Shown here piece after piece: positions 39,340-53,094 of a stretch of DNA of 64,000 nt; within the stretch, counting starts at the first letter, position 1, and each line of letters starts with the position of its first letter. This stretch comes from Octopus vulgaris (lineage: Eukaryota). The notes beneath the pieces are model-generated. The model was not told the DNA's origin and ran no database searches. It worked only from the letters and a program-made list of their open reading frames with translations. Made by a program: the position numbers and the translations under genes. Location: the NCBI GenBank assembly GCA_951406725.2, contig OX597815.1, forward strand, positions 203,670,001 to 203,734,000, given 5' to 3'.

Positions 39340-40827
39340 AGTGAAATGAAAACGGATTAACTGAAATTCATCACGTAGTTAATAAACGATCATCCTTTTA
39401 GAGTGTCTTGAAGTCTGAAAACAATAAGCAAAAGAAAATATCCAAAACAATCAATTAATTGAAAGTTTTTGAAAAACATAGGAAACGCGTAATAGTAGTG
39501 GATCTGGTCTTTATAGCTAACTGTTGAAAGCAACTGAGCACCCCAACGAAGCATGTTCTCCGCATTCTGAATTTTTTATATCTTCCAAAAATTAATTAAA
39601 TTAATTAATTTTATTGCAGATATGTCACAGATTGTTATTTTTAGTTTTTAAAAATTCCTAGAAGAAAATTTTATCAATTGCATGGATAATCTCCGTTAAT
39701 CAAAGTTTTCCACTTACTATATTACAAATGTATGACTTTTCTGGGCTGCACATTTGTTGTAAAAAATCAAAATTCATTAAAACTATTAAACATTTCTGTA
39801 GAGCCCCTTCTAAAATATAGAAGTTTTGAGAAGTTCTGATCTTCTAAAAGGTTAAAACAACTCAAATATGCAATGTAGAAAATAGAAATGTTATTCATTA
39901 CTGTTTATTAAGTATCTTACATCTCTAATTACTTACTGTATTTTAGTCAAACATCCTACGGTTAGGCCAACAGAAACAGAAATAAAAGACAGAGTTTTGA
40001 ATGAAAGCAACTGTTGTTTTATTTCATTTTGTATATTCACTGTAAAACTAAGAATTTATAATTGTAATTTTATTTAAATCTTATAAATCACAATTTCTAT
40101 TTTTTGAGATGATTATTAAAAGCAATTTGAACATTGCATCACGATGTCAACTCTTTTCATATTAGTAGCAACAATAGACCCATTCACTGTGTTCTTGACG
40201 AAAATCAAAACTGAAATTTCAGTAATAAAATGCTCAGCGACAACGTACTTAACCAGAGCAAACGTGACACTATGAAAATAAGTAATATAATAGCATTTCC
40301 GCGACAATAGAGTAACGATTTCATATATTTGCAAGATGTCAGTAGATGTCGGCAGATGTCAGCAATGTTTCAGGAAGATGTCAAGTTGTCAGTAAGATGT
40401 CATAAATTTGTTGGAGTGGGAAAGAAGGAAAAATAACAGATTGAGTAATTTTAGATCAAACACCAACAAGATTCAATAGGATAAGTCCAACAAAACCAGA
40501 ACTAAAGAAATAGGCGAAGGTTAGTATCAATAACCCTACAAAAGAACTAAAGACCCAGAAAAAATGCAGCTAATAGTCAGTAACCTTTTGATTTTCAACA
40601 AGTGCACACATAGATGCACATTCATCAGACACACACACACGCACCCCACACACATTTCTAACATTAAAACACTCTCATATGAGAGTACCATTGATGCTGG
40701 ATCACGATACAAAGTATAACTATCCTACGTATATGCAACGAATACGCGCTGTATTTGCTATCAGTTATTATAAAAACAGTTGCATTTCTTAAATAGTAGT
40801 ATTTATTTCATTACTTTGTATAATCAT

Positions 40828-41052
40828 AAGGTGGCAAGTTGGTGGAATCCTTAGCTCGTCGCGAAAAATACTTTGCGTTTCCTGTTCTTACTCTTACCTA
40901 TTTGAGTTCAAATCCCGTCGCATCCAACTTTGCCTTTCATCTCTGCAAGGTTGATCAAATTAAGTACCAGTGAAACATTGTGTCTGATGGTATCGACTAA
41001 CACCGTCTATTAAAAAAAAATCCTTTTTTGAACCAAAATCAGAAACGATTAT
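40828..41052 (+). mobile_element. SINE family B, diverged
   Basis: gagttcaaatccc..aactttgcctttcatc..ggttgatcaaattaagtaccag. Confidence 0.75.
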
Positions 41053-41103
41053 CTTGTATAAACACCATTAAATATATATATATATATTTATATACACACA
41101 CAA

Positions 41104-41159
<56 letters not shown>

Positions 41160-41470
41160 GTGTGTATGTGTGTGCGTGGTAATCTGCCAGGATGCATAAG
41201 TTAGCACAAGATTAGTGTTCGATATTCGAAGTACGTTTAACTCTCAAGGCCATTTTACAGAAACCTTGTATAGATGACATAAATATGGGTCAGGCTATAA
41301 CGAGGCAACAAGAGCCACTCTGAGGCTATTATTTCTGCTTCATTTGAGCATAACAAATTATAAAAGTGTAAAATGTATTTGATTAAATACATATATTAAA
41401 CGAGTTTATTTCAAGACAGATAAGAACCGTAATAGGAGGCAAATCGCCTTCTTCTAAGAGCCTTCTTTAA

Positions 41471-41553
<83 letters not shown>

Positions 41554-41714
41554 TGCCTCACAGTGACCGATAACTAGTGATGAGATGACAAAATTCGGGT
41601 GAAAAATCATATACATACATATATACATACAAACATACATGCATATATACATACACATGTCTGTAGATGTCTGCTTGTGTATTCTTTATATAATGCATTA
41701 TATATGTTCATATC

Positions 41715-41746
<32 letters not shown>

Positions 41747-41776
41747 TGTATGTATGTATATATATATATATGCTTG

Positions 41777-41822
<46 letters not shown>

Positions 41823-42222
41823 AATAAATGAAAAAAAGACAGATGAAAAGCGAATGTGTATATAACCGGACGTGGGCCAGACACTGAGGTTGCCCAATTT
41901 TTCATCAGTTATAAAACAAATGGTAATACTCAATTTGGCACCATTTGATAAGACCGAGGACTTGCTATATTGATGCTGCCTGCGAACGTTGCAGAGAGTG
42001 TAAGGTCGTAAGCAAACAAGACAAAAAAATGTAAACTTAGTATCACCATTTCGTTGATAACTTATGAAAAATTAACGATCCTCTGTATCTATCTCTCGTA
42101 CGGTTCTATACACATACGTTTTATCCGTCATTGTATATTTACTATGCTTTTTTTCATTTATCAAATAACAGTACGCACGCACAACACTTTTATTAACAGG
42201 AAATATACATATATATATATAT

Positions 42223-42253
<31 letters not shown>

Positions 42254-42276
42254 AACATAAACATAACGTCGCAAGA

Positions 42277-42308
42277 AATTTGAAAAGCTACACGCGAAAC
42301 CGGTCATT
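42277..42308 (+). ncRNA. Ultra-minimal hammerhead motif, U3-A8 core variant
   Basis: AAT-TTGAAAA-GC-TACAC-GC-GAAA-CCGG-TC-ATT; ACCGGT palindrome in place of stem III; lies between (TA)n tracts. Confidence 0.65.
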
Positions 42309-42483
42309 CTTTTAAATTATGTCATTATAAGAGAAAAAAAAATTTTTTTTTTAATTTTCTAATATTCTTCAGACATATTGACGCAAATATATATATTTTT
42401 AACATTTAAGCCTTCTGTAGTTTTTTCACTCTTTACTATTTTCTATATATTCACCCACGTGCTTTCACAAACCAACTTTCTTA

Positions 42484-42541
<58 letters not shown>

Positions 42542-42810
42542 TGTATACATATATATATAGATATTTACATATACGTATATATACATACAGTACGTCACGA
42601 TACGTGTATAACAAGAAAGTACGAAGTACGAGTACATGGAACATGAACTGTTACCTCGAACAAAGAAAGACACAAATGGAAAACAAAACAAAAAACATAA
42701 AGAACGACCCTTCATCAGTTGTTGACTGTTTTTCTAGTCTCGTATTTCGAGCATTTAACAACACTGTACGCTTTCGATAAAACAGTTGCTCCCAGGTATG
42801 CATATGTATG

Positions 42811-42914
<104 letters not shown>

Positions 42915-42930
42915 GATATATATGGATATA

Positions 42931-42982
<52 letters not shown>

Positions 42983-42984
42983 GT

Positions 42985-43332
42985 TTAAGTAGTTGAATTA
43001 ATTATCCTAGTATGGATAATTCGGTTAACCGATACCCGGGTAGCAAGTTTACGTCAGAAAGCACGGTTGAAGCTACATGCCAAGGGCAGAAATCACGTGC
43101 TTTCGTGTGGAAATTTGTGTGTTTTTTTACCATAGATAAATGAAAGAATGGAGTCGAACGACGGTTTAACAAAATTCCTTTATTCTCGACATATGTTTCG
43201 AAGACTGCATATTCTTAATTCCGAAGGAATAAAGGGTGCATTATGCCGTCTTCTCATCAGGAAAGACAAGGAACTTATGTCAGCATCATGACGAACAAAA
43301 ACTTTTAGATGACTGCCCACACGGAGTCCATA

Positions 43333-43335
<3 letters not shown>
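42985..43335. mobile_element. Penelope pLTR-like unit with partial inversion, between (TA)n tracts
   Basis: About 42985-43075 is the reverse complement of about 14905-15000; about 43141-43300 is direct to about 14741-14900. Confidence 0.8.
43183..43264 (-). ncRNA. Type I hammerhead ribozyme, canonical core
   Basis: Minus strand: TTTC-CTGATGA-GAAGAC-G-GCATA...TATGC-A-GTCTTC-GAAA-C-ATAT-G-TC-GAGA. Confidence 0.9.
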
Positions 43336-43384
<49 letters not shown>

Positions 43385-43394
43385 CATACATATG

Positions 43395-44060
43395 TAATAA
43401 AACAATAAAAAGTCTGGATTTAGTCCTATGGAACGGAGACCGGAGAATATGAATTTTACTAGAACTGACAGTACCTAGGGAAGAGAACAACGGCAATGCA
43501 GAGGAACGAAAGGAGAAGAGGTACGAAAGGAGAAAAGCTAATCGAAAAGCTAATCGGAGAATGCAGAGAACAGGGATGAAATGTCGAATATTATCACCTG
43601 GCAGTGGCGGCTAGAGACTTCATTGAAAGGAAAATGACAACGCTTTTCAAAAGAAGATTTGTTTTTTCTAGCTCCGAGCTGCGAAAACTAGTAAGGAGAG
43701 TACAGGAGGCGATCGAAAAAGCCAGCTTCCATATATGGCTGAAGCGGGAAGACCGAAAATGGCTTGAAAGTCATAACATGTCGGCGGGAAATAACATCAT
43801 TAGGTGAGACAAGCTGACACTGAATCAGCTTCGCTGACTGACAGGTGACGGTCGTTTAAAAAATTCGCGGGCTAAAACTACGCGCCTTCACTAGTCAGTT
43901 AAGGTGAGACAGTGTCACAGTTAAGGTGAGACTAGAGGCAAGTATTTAAAGGGAAAAATTTGACAAGTCAGTCAGTCACTGGCTGACACCCGCTGACGAT
44001 ATTCGAAGAGGCCAGGGAACAGAAGAAAGAAGACATGCACCCAACACCAGTGCTGAAGAT
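43395..44060 (+). mobile_element. HERO-like non-LTR retrotransposon 3' end (REL endonuclease plus 3' UTR)
   Basis: LDLVLWN..ILLELTVPREEN..AEERKEKRY; VQEAIEKASFHIWLKREDRKW, typical of the HERO C-terminus. Confidence 0.8.
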
Positions 44061-44118
44061 TACTTGGTGTTCATTATAAAACTAAAACTAAGATCATATA
44101 CATATATATATAAACATA

Positions 44119-44246
<128 letters not shown>

Positions 44247-46371
44247 CTAGCAGTGACACCCGGCGTTGCTCGGTATTAAATTGGCATAGCTTGTATATAT
44301 TATATTACAGTTATGTTGAAACAGGTGATATGAGATAGTGCAGCATTGACAGCAAAACATTTGTGGAGTAAAAGATGGGCTAATTCGACCAAGCAATATG
44401 CTATGCCCCACTTTGGTGTATTTCAGGCCCTAACCTGTGGGGATTATGTGATTTTTGAACGCACCGATAAGCTGTCAGTGGATATACTCTCTTTTGCAGC
44501 AGTCGGCGCTGTGTCTAACACGACCCATCAACTAAAATGTTGATACCTCCTTCGGGTTTGTTGTCCTACATCACTCATAAAGTAAATTTGGAGGAACTGT
44601 GGTTGTTCAGTTATGGGTAACAGGGAACCAATGAGGTGATAGACTTGCTTTTGAGCTTTGACGTCGTCGTAAATTCCTGTTTATCTATCCCCTTAGATGC
44701 ACCAAACGATGTCATTTGCCGAGTTGTATTGTCTGATATTGTTCAGAAAATCCTTTGGCAGGATGGAAATGCCTTCTAGAAGATCCATAAGATGTTGAGG
44801 AGGAGCTGGTAGTTCTGGCAATGTTACCTGACCGCCTGTGCAACACATACCATTTGTTTCATTTGAAAATTTTAAAGCTCTACAGAAAAGACAATTTATG
44901 TTTAGCACACCAAATTGGACAGGGTTATTATTTTTATGAGAATGGGATGGATCATATCTGGAAACAGCTTCAGGAGTTGTGAAGAACGAATTTGTACGTA
45001 GTCTATTTCTGAGAGCTATTCTATTGGACCGCTGCCTTATAATTAAAACATTGATTTAATTATCCAGCATTAAGTGCTGCAACATGCATTTGCTGATCTT
45101 GAGAAAATCTCATCTAGCTTCTCTCTTCAGACCCTTACCTTCGGTTTTCTACAATCCTCCTTGCTTTATACTTGTTTCTGGAGAGATTACGTCTTTTCTT
45201 TGGTGGCATATTTTTCCCAATATTGTAAACAAAAAATTATGAACATAGAAAGCAATTACACATTAATCCCTATTTTTGTAAGCAGTTGTATCCGCAAAGT
45301 TTTATTTGAAGAGTGCAGAAATTGAAAGAAGAGAAAGCGAAAAGAACAGAGAAAGAAAGTGAAAGATGTGTGTACGTCTATATGAAATGGACGTGTGTGT
45401 GAGTGTGTGTGTGCGTGTGTGCGTGCGTGCGCGTGTGTATGTGAGAGAAAAAGAGGATGAGAAAGAGAGATAGAGTGTGTGAGTGAAGGCGTGTGTCGTG
45501 ATGATTGATGTATTTTAATGTACACACGCATATAAAAAATGCGACGTCATCGTATAAAATTTTTACGATAGTTGATTTATGGAAAAGAATATGTTAAATT
45601 TTTGAAATGCAAATATGTGAATGGAAATTAAGTTTAATTTGTAACCAAAATAGTTCTGAATCTTTTGATACCCCATAGTCAAAATCTGTAATTCGGTTTT
45701 GGAAAGCATAAAGAATATATGATATAGAGAACAGTATCTCACATACTAATACAGACATAATACTGAAATTGTGTAAGAGATAACAAATTGCTCTGGGCTA
45801 ACATTAGGCAAGAAGTTGGAAATTTTTTGACCCATGACACTGCATGGACCTTGGCGTTGGTACCTGACGCCTGTTGCTTTAAGTATTTTATTTACATATA
45901 TATGTGTAAACAAATGAGGAAGACCTCTATATGGTAGCTCAACCTAGTAGAAATAGCAGCAAAATATCCCTCAAAGCACCCTACTGTCTTAATCCAACAA
46001 TTCTGCCTATTATATAGTTTAAATGAGAAACTATAACTAAAGATTAAGATTATTAACCCCACAGAGAGAGGAAAAAAGAGAGATAGTATAGCGACGGTTT
46101 TGGCTGACTGTCATCCTGTACTCCCCTTGTTGCTAGCAAAATGGTATGTGCCGGTTGTCTGAGCAACTGATTGTTTTAATGGCGGAACAAACAGGACATA
46201 AAGATTACAAAAATAGCGATTCTCCCTTTGAAACTAACAATTTTGAAAATCTTTATCAATTACGGAACGCCCCTCTCTCTCATGATTCCATGTTTAAAAT
46301 TTCAGCGCGATCAGATGAACAATACTCGAGTTATAAGCGTACAAACAGACAGACAGAACAGATTTTATATA

Positions 46372-46374
<3 letters not shown>
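44247..46374 (-). mobile_element. Internally deleted Helitron retaining the N-terminal part of RepHel
   Basis: 3' CCGAGCAACGCCGG hairpin plus CTAG|T; 5' TCATATATAAAA; CLFCRALKFSNETNGMCCTGGQVTLPEL..FLNNIRQYNSA..MTSFGA..VYHLIGSLLP..PQFLQIYF. Confidence 0.9.
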
Positions 46375-46433
<59 letters not shown>

Positions 46434-46517
46434 TGTATGTATATACATTTATATATAAATATGTATGTATATGTATATATATATACACACACACACACAC
46501 ATGTATATATTTATATA

Positions 46518-47750
46518 CAGACGTGATAGAAGTAAATAAATTCCCCTTACAATCATTATAATTTATTTAAATCTGAAAATTATATATTCAAATTATTAAT
46601 TCATTGTTATAATGTGAATATTTAATATTTAGTAGTCATGGCCTTTGCATTTTTCAATGCAAGGACCCTATTAGGCATGTTACTGATCAGACGACGAATA
46701 TTCCCTTGCGGGATTTCTTGCCAATTTTCATGTAATAATCTCAAAAGATCTGGCTTTGAATATGCTTTCTTGCTCTTTTCATGAATGTCCTGTCCATTAT
46801 GTCCGTCCCAGAGGTGTTTAATAAGGTTCATATCTAGTGACTGACTTGGCCATGGAAGTTTTTTAATGCCATTCTCCATCCAACAAATCTTGGATCAGTT
46901 TAGCCGAGTGACAAGGAACCCCTTCTTCCATGAATAAAGAGTCTTCTTTAATCGTTTCACCACTGGTGAAGATTGTAACGAGTCCTTTCTGCAATGTGGT
47001 CACATATTTATCTGAGTTTATGGTTCCCTCACACTCCACCAGCTTTGATCATCAATTGCTCGAAGTTGCCCCCCAAACTATCACAGAATAGCTACCGTGT
47101 TTCATTGTTGGTTGCAATATTTTCACATCAAATTCTTGATCACAAAATCTCCAGACCAATACTCGACCACTGTCAGGAAATACAGTGAATCTGGACTCAT
47201 CAGAGAATATGACAATGTCCCCAAATGCTAGTGGCCTCTCCACCATCTCACTAGCCCAAACATTTCTCCACTTGATGTTGGTTGGTCGAAGAAGTGGCTT
47301 CCTTCTTGCTCCTCTGCCATAGTAACCAAGTTTGTGGAGATATGTGACAGCTGTTCCGGGACTGACATCAACTTGTTCTGCTATGTCAGAGGCTTTTCAG
47401 CGAGGATTATCCGCCATACTTCTCTTAGTAAAAAGAAGAGTCTTGTCAAAGGGCCCTGGATGATCTGGGCGAGGTGATGTGGACTCCTTTCCCTTTTTGG
47501 TGAATTGCACAATCACTCTATTAATTGCAGAAAGCGGGATCCCAAGGATTTCTGCGATTTTACGCAATGTCTACCTTGAGAATGCCCCGCAATTCAGACA
47601 GTTCCAAGGCTTCTTTTGTACATGGCATGATTAAACAGTTACATATAGAACCTGAAACATAAAAATGTCAATTAATAAAAAAATAAATCCTTATAATTTA
47701 GAATAAATATATAACGATGTTATGTGGGGTGTCTATTCACTTCTGTTATG

Positions 47751-47753
<3 letters not shown>
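46518..47753 (-). mobile_element. Decayed full-length Tc1-family transposon
   Basis: VIFSDESRF; PTMKHGSYSVIVWG; LPWPSQSLDMNLIKHLW; imperfect TIRs gacgtgatagaagtaaata / tattcacttctgttatgtc at TA sites. Confidence 0.9.
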
Positions 47754-47791
<38 letters not shown>

Positions 47792-47798
<7 letters not shown>

Positions 47799-48012
47799 GC
47801 TTAGTAAAATAAATTACTTTACCACATACTGAACTCATTAGAAATAGCAGCTAAAGAAAATTCTTCAGCTATTTCTAATACTTAAAGATAGGCAAACACT
47901 ATCTGAGAGAGATCTTCTTTAAGTATTAGAAATAGCTGAAGAATTTTCTTTAGCTGCTATTTCTAATGAGTTCAGTATGTGGCAAAGTAATTTATTTTAC
48001 TAAGCCCTTATA
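47792..48012. repeat. Near-perfect palindrome (about 97-bp arms, 27-bp spacer) with an internal hairpin in each arm
   Basis: tataagggcttagtaaaat...acttaaaga / tctttaagt...attttactaagcccttata, one mismatch; internal attagaaatagc/gctatttctaat. Confidence 0.95.
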
Positions 48013-48111
48013 TATAATGTAATATTTTGAATTCGCCTAAAATGGTCCCTTTACATACTGAATACTTGGTGAAATTGATTAATAATTAATTAATTTTACC
48101 CTCAATTGTTG

Positions 48112-48158
<47 letters not shown>

Positions 48159-48769
48159 ACGTATTCAGTTCAGCATATATAACACACGAGAAAAGAAGAG
48201 AAAGAAAAAAAGGTTTACACGTTACTTCGAGTCTTTTGTATAGAAAGATGTTTCAGTATATATGCTTTTGTGTGAGCTGCGCCGAAAAGAATGTTTGTAA
48301 TAAATGGAAAAGACATATTTTATTGATCAGGATATAGTAAATGTTGATATTAACCCTTTTGACAGCTTTGGGTAATTTTTCCATACTTAAAACTATTTGT
48401 GGACTAAGGAATAAGTAGGAACATACACTGCGTTTTAAATTATTAACGATGCAACATCATTTAATTATATTTAAAATCTACCCGTTGTAATTCAACGAAA
48501 TTTTCACAGAATAATGGCAACATTTATATGCGTCTGGTGTTTAAAAACGTAATGTTCCGTAATACAATAGAGAAATAACGGCCATTCACCAAATTTACGC
48601 AAACTTTCACTGTTTCAAATTATTAGCGAGGTGTAATTAAAACTCATGTAAAGAAAATAACAAATAACAATTTAATTGTTTGATGCACATACTGAAATGA
48701 ATATGTAATTATAAACATGGAAGAATCGAAAATAAGCAAATAAACGGCCATGAGATACATCTACTATTG

Positions 48770-49680
48770 CCTGTCATAGTTCATCCTTCTTCCTAAATTG
48801 GCGTCCATTCCCGTAAACCTGTCGCTTTAGAATACTCCACCAGTTTTCTATTGGGTTTAAGTCAAGGGAACAGGCAGGCCACTTCACCATCCGAGGTCCA
48901 CAGAAGCTTAATTGTTGAAAATACTCTGTAGTTTTTCTTCGTGCAGTGCGAGGGCGCACCATGTTGCATGAATATTATGGTTGTCTTGAAGGCGATCCGA
49001 TCCTTTGCTTTTTTAACCAAGGTTCAAGATGCTCCCTCAGAAAGGCTATGTAAGCGTCTGCAGTCATTTTAACACCGTTCGGTACTTCCCAAGGATCAGC
49101 CATAATGCCTCCAATAACTCCTTCCCAAATCATGATGTTGCCTGCTCTTGTTGGCGTCTCAAGGGTTGATGACGATCTCGTCCATTTACGACCCATCCTC
49201 GCTTTCCAACCATCAGGTCCATCAATGGTAGCACGAGTTCATTCCGTAAGCAAAACTTTTGAAAAGCCAACCTTCATGTTATCCTCTGCTCATTTCAGAC
49301 AATTTTACTTCTGTATTTTGTCTAAAGGAAGCCTTTTCACTGATGTCACTGCTTTACCGACTCTTTTCAGAAGATGATATCTGGTAGTTTTGGACACAGT
49401 TGTTTCGCCAATGCTCTTTAAAAGTTCTCCACTTGTAAGACCTGGGTTCTTTTCAGCTTCACGCTTAATTCATAAACGAGAATGTTGAGAAACAGCCCTC
49501 GACCGACCGTTGTCGGCTCTCTTACGTATCTTCGTAGGAGCTTTAACATTTTTTTTCAGTTTGATGGTATCTTTTAATTATTTTAGATATTTCTAATGTT
49601 GATTTACCTTTTGCAAGTTCAGAAGTAACAACGGATTTCTCTGCAGCAGCTAAGTCACATTTACGATCCATAATTACACG
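48770..49680 (-). mobile_element. Tc1-superfamily DD37E (TRT-like) transposase pseudogene
   Basis: MDRKCDLAAAEK; RATIDGPDGW; VPNGVKMT; WPACSLDLNPIENWWSILK; 37 residues between the second D position and E after removing one frameshift base. Confidence 0.85.
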
Positions 49681-49684
49681 CTTA

Positions 49685-51450
49685 CACTGGGTAACAAAAA
49701 ACGTTTTATTGTCTGCTACCCAGACAAATGATGCTGTACTAAACTAAATCGAGTACGCTGATTTCGAGAATCTGAACTCAGAATTGCTGTAACACGTGAG
49801 TTATGCGCATAATTATATATTAATACTATGTTAAGATCAAGAATAGTTAAGTTCAAGGTAAATAATTATTATAATAGTATGTTAGAACTGTATACAGTAA
49901 ATTTATGTCCAAAGCAAATGGTATTACAATATAATGGTACATAGTATATTTATGTTAAGGGAATATTCACTTTACTTTTGATATGCTCAGCTTAGAAATG
50001 TTTGAGACACTTGCTCATGCGCCCAGACACCGTACTGGTCTCTGGTTGTAGGAACCAGTAATAGTCACCCATCACGTGTGGATTGAAACGGCCTTGATAC
50101 CTCGATTCCATCTCAGATATGTCCTGTTGGAAACTCTCACTATGTTCATTACTAAAGGCACCCAGATTCGTTGGAAAACAAAATCGAGATGAGGATGCAA
50201 AAAGTGCATTTGAAGGGACATTCGGCATCCCATTCTTTCAAACACATTTAGCATGTTATTTATTAAATCAGCATAGTTTTCAACTCTATGATTTCCAAGA
50301 AAGTTCTGTACAACCAACATGAACGAACCCCATGCCGTCAGCTCAACTGAATTCAGCTTACCTCTGAATTTGCTATTAGATATCAATTCTCTGATCTCGG
50401 GTCCGATGAAAATGTCTGCGTTATGTTTTGCGTCACTTTTCTCTGCATTAAATTTTACTTTAGATACTGCAAGACACAATCCTCGTGTGTCATTGCTTTC
50501 ATGGAGTTTTCATGAGGCGGAGTTTGATGTGAAGAAGTGGACGGAAGATCTTTAACGGGGCTACCAGTGACATATGCTACGCATTGTATCGACCAACTAT
50601 GCGCTCATCTCTTTTAGGCCAGTCTTATACAGTGTAATAATTACTGTCGCAGTTGTTCCAAAAACACAAGAAGCACATATGTTTGGTATATCTCAGCTGC
50701 AGTCCTAGGAAATCACCTCTCTAAATCACCACAAAAATTCCACTTGTGAACTGAGTAATTAACTCCTTTCAGAAAGTGTTCCATCAATTCTAAAGTTTCT
50801 TACATACTGACAACATGACAATACATTTTGAGGCTAACCTTACTCAAGTCTATAAACATTCTCCATTCGTTAACCACATGGGTGTGTATTGTTTTTTGCA
50901 TGAGTGCATTAACGTCAGTACAGAAACAAGCATTATTTTCTTGCTTCAAAAAGACCGATAAGCCTTTATGGCGAGAACGGAAAATGGAATTTTTCGTACC
51001 ATGCTGTAGGAGATTTCATTGTTGTAGTTTCGATCCCAAAACGTCTGCCCGCTCCTTTGACAATGCTAGGTCTCTCACTAAATTGTTCAAATCTTCGTGA
51101 GTAAACTAGCCTGGCTCATTTTTCTAAGAATCACCTACGTACTCTTCGTCGATAGGTGAGTCAGGGGGTTCATCGTGTGACGTATCAAGATTTTCAAGTG
51201 AAGCATGTGAGAGTGGAAATGGGACAGAGTTCTAGAAGTTATGTGGGACCGGTTTTAGATATGTCTTACAATCTGCAGACACAATTTTTGCTTTGGTGTT
51301 CTTTGAGAAACTACTAATATTGGTCATAAAAAAGTAAGAGACGTGATTGATTGACTCACGCCATACTATTGGTACAACAAAAAGCATTCCCTTTCGTTTT
51401 CCATTCAGCCACTGTGTAAGCCCTGAGTAACACACGGTGTAGCGTATATA
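49685..51450 (-). mobile_element. Chapaev3-like (CMC) DNA transposon, decayed, one terminus retained
   Basis: VPIVWRE..NH; IFIGPEIRELI; FLGNHRVENY; MSLQMHFLHPHLDF; LGAFSNEHSESFQQDI; terminus TTA|CACTGGGTAAC. Confidence 0.8.
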
Positions 51451-51559
51451 AAGAATTTTTGAAGTACACGCGTTTTCTCGAACATTGATTAGTTGTTAAT
51501 ACCTACGGCAGCAGATTGCAAAATGCTGAAATATATTTAGTTATTGCCATTTTAGTTGT

Positions 51560-51690
51560 GTTCAAATGCCACCACCCCAGATCGATTTTGCATTCCATCT
51601 TTCCGGAATCGATAAAATAAAGCACTGAAGTGAATATAATGGACTATATCCCTTCTCTAAATTCGAGACTTTCTACCTGTATAAGCTATA
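51560..51690 (+). mobile_element. SINE family B remnant
   Basis: gttcaaatgcc..gattttgcattccatctttccggaatcgataaaataa. Confidence 0.55.
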
Positions 51691-52789
51691 AATATTCGCT
51701 TTCAGAAGGCCTTCCAACAATGCAACATGAATGACAGTTGAATAGAATTCATGAAATAAATGAGGTTGTAGAGAATATAAAAATAGCTGGATAATATTAT
51801 TGGAGATACAATCAAGAAAACTTCAGCCATCACTGGATTTAATATCACTATGACATGGGCCTAGGGTACCTTTTTGGGTACCACGTTGTTATTAACATTA
51901 AGACCAGGTCTCCAGCTCGCAGATATCCAGTTTCTTGTCATATTGCTTCCTACAGCAGAAGCATATCAATCATAATTTCGTACTCCTTTTTCCCTTACCA
52001 GTCTTGAGGACCTTGCATAAGGCCATAGAATCTACTCTTCCTTCTCTGAATAAGCCATAAACAATGGAAAAGAAATAAAGAAAGCTGCTTAAGATACAAT
52101 GAATTACAGAAGCATTGTAAATGTCCAATTTTTAATAAAACTGAAATGTTCTAAGAAAACAAGAATGTTAGAAATGGCGGCAATATTGTCGAGATATTTT
52201 ATATGGAAACTAATAATCATTCTTAATGGAAATCGTTTTGTCTTTGTCAAACTAAAACGTTAAGAAAAGGTTTTAAGACACTGATGTCTGTTTGTCGGAT
52301 TATTTCTTTTTATCTTAAAATATAAACTCATTTCGGAAAGAAATATATGAATGAGACATTATGTTGTAAATGTATATGGGGTGCAGTCTTCTATAATTAA
52401 TAACGTTACTATTTTGTGACACATTTAATGCGCAATAGTTTTTCATTTTCTCTTTTCTTCCTACATATTACCAATTAAATAAATATTGTGTTCTATATTC
52501 AACAATATCTATAACTTGCATACCAGTATTTCCATTTCCGGCCATTTTCAGAACTATTTGCTATTGAAGCACACATAGATAATGTTAATGAGGAATCTAA
52601 TAACAGTTCGAGATACCGGGAGTCTTTCGGTCCGGAGGGTGGTCTAATCATTCCAAAACCAATAATCATCCTGTAGTTGTCGCCTGCGCTGAGCTACGTG
52701 TATAATTTGTTGCTTATGCAGATTATTGTCTTTTCCACAGGAGTGGTTTGCTTTGTTGAAAATTATAAAGAGATCTTAATTATTATTGT

Positions 52790-53094
52790 CACGTGATCAC
52801 GTGACCGACCAGACCGTCAGATGTTGTTACACATCGCTGGTCACAATGCGTTCGCATTGTTTTAGCCTTCGAATGACGCCACCCCGCTGGCTAAGCGAGT
52901 AGGCCAACAGACGAAAGAGTGGGAGAAAGAGTGGTGAAAGAGTACAGCAGGGATCACCACCCCCTGCCGGAGCGTCGTGGAGCTTTTAGGTGTCTTCGCT
53001 CAATAAACACAAACAACGCCCGGTCTGGGAATCGAAACCGCGATCCTACGACCGCGAGTCCGTTGCCCTAACCGCTGGGTCATTGCGCCTCCAC
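52790..53094 (-). mobile_element. SINE family C head with a different tail (type 2), with TSD
   Basis: Head matches 26184 and 38949 up to tactctttcaccac, then an unrelated tail; 12-bp TSD AATTATTATTGT at 52778-52789 and 53095-53106. Confidence 0.93.

Noticed and set aside
41895-42760. Minus-strand CTGATGA at about 41902 and 42712 (also CTGACGA at about 37970 and CTGATGA at about 31723 on the plus strand)
   Set aside because: No correctly placed stem II, GAAA and stem III.
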